In this document: piece after piece, positions 63,801 through 64,000 of the stretch
Position numbering within the stretch: the first letter of the stretch is position 1
Layout: each line of letters begins with the position of its first letter
Notes under the pieces: generated by a model
Databases searched by the model: none
Seen by the model: the letters and a program-made list of their open reading frames with translations, nothing else
Told to the model about the DNA's origin: nothing
DNA from: Phoronis australis
Lineage: Eukaryota > Animalia > Phoronida
Assembly: GCA_002633005.1 (NCBI GenBank)
Contig: NMRA01000006.1
Coordinates: 1,837,725-1,901,724, forward strand
Length of the DNA stretch: 64,000 bases
Direction: 5' to 3'
Program-made: the position numbers and the translations under genes

Positions 63801-63893
63801 TGACAACATCTGAGCAAGCTTTTGTTGTCTGTCTGCAAGTTCACCCCTACCACAGAAATCCACTCGAAACAGTGCCATGATAGAATCAACAAT
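60782..63893 (-). CDS. DMC1: Meiotic recombinase DMC1, last four coding exons (gene continues beyond window end)
   Basis: Exons 63893-63779, 62386-62326, 61249-61133, 60851-60782 translate to [120 protein letters not shown]. These residues are DMC1-specific rather than RAD51. Confidence 0.96.
61133..61249 (-). CDS. DMC1: DMC1 exon ([17 protein letters not shown]...)
   Basis: 117 nt; L2 loop region. Confidence 0.95.
62326..62386 (-). CDS. DMC1: DMC1 exon ([20 protein letters not shown])
   Basis: 61 nt; canonical sites. Confidence 0.95.
62724..62765. repeat. Perfect 16-bp hairpin in a DMC1 intron
   Basis: AGACCGTCCCGAGTTG, 10-nt loop, CAACTCGGGACGGTCT. Confidence 0.85.
63779..63893 (-). CDS. 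DMC1: DMC1 exon (Walker B end, [12 protein letters not shown])
   Basis: 115 nt; acceptor tttgtag, donor G|gtattg. Confidence 0.95.
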
Positions 63894-64000
63894 CTACAAA
63901 TAAGAGACCAACTCAATGTTCACATTATTTTTGACATTCACTTATTTATTTGCTTAAAAGTTATTGTAATCAGGCTCAAGTTAACACTCTGGAGGACAAC

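Noticed and set aside
60782-63893. RAD51 as an alternative identity
   Set aside because: [26 protein letters not shown] and GGHILAHA are DMC1-type residues.

Overview
AT-rich, intron-rich animal genomic DNA. It looks like an invertebrate, plausibly a non-vertebrate deuterostome, but the species cannot be fixed from sequence alone. Most entries in the ORF track are spurious. By chaining GT-AG exons with consistent phase I reconstruct four spliced genes. (1) + strand, 5'-truncated, 4142-20551: a disordered protein with 13 YxxV/I motifs, resembling a PAG1/Cbp-type phosphotyrosine adaptor. (2) - strand, complete, 35195-25016, 11 exons, 451 aa: a DESI1 (PPPDE) peptidase with an extra ~250-aa helical, PUL-like C-terminal domain. 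(3) + strand, 39983-59951, 20 exons, ~878 aa: a SUN1/2-type inner nuclear membrane LINC protein. (4) - strand: the last four exons of the meiotic recombinase DMC1 (63893-60782). Introns hold several non-autonomous DNA-transposon-like elements, a tandem array with eight CTCF-like motifs, a probable decayed Ulp1/SENP protease relic, tRNA-like SINE heads and a likely haplotype-duplication artefact at the single N (8050). No prokaryotic features or CRISPR arrays were seen.
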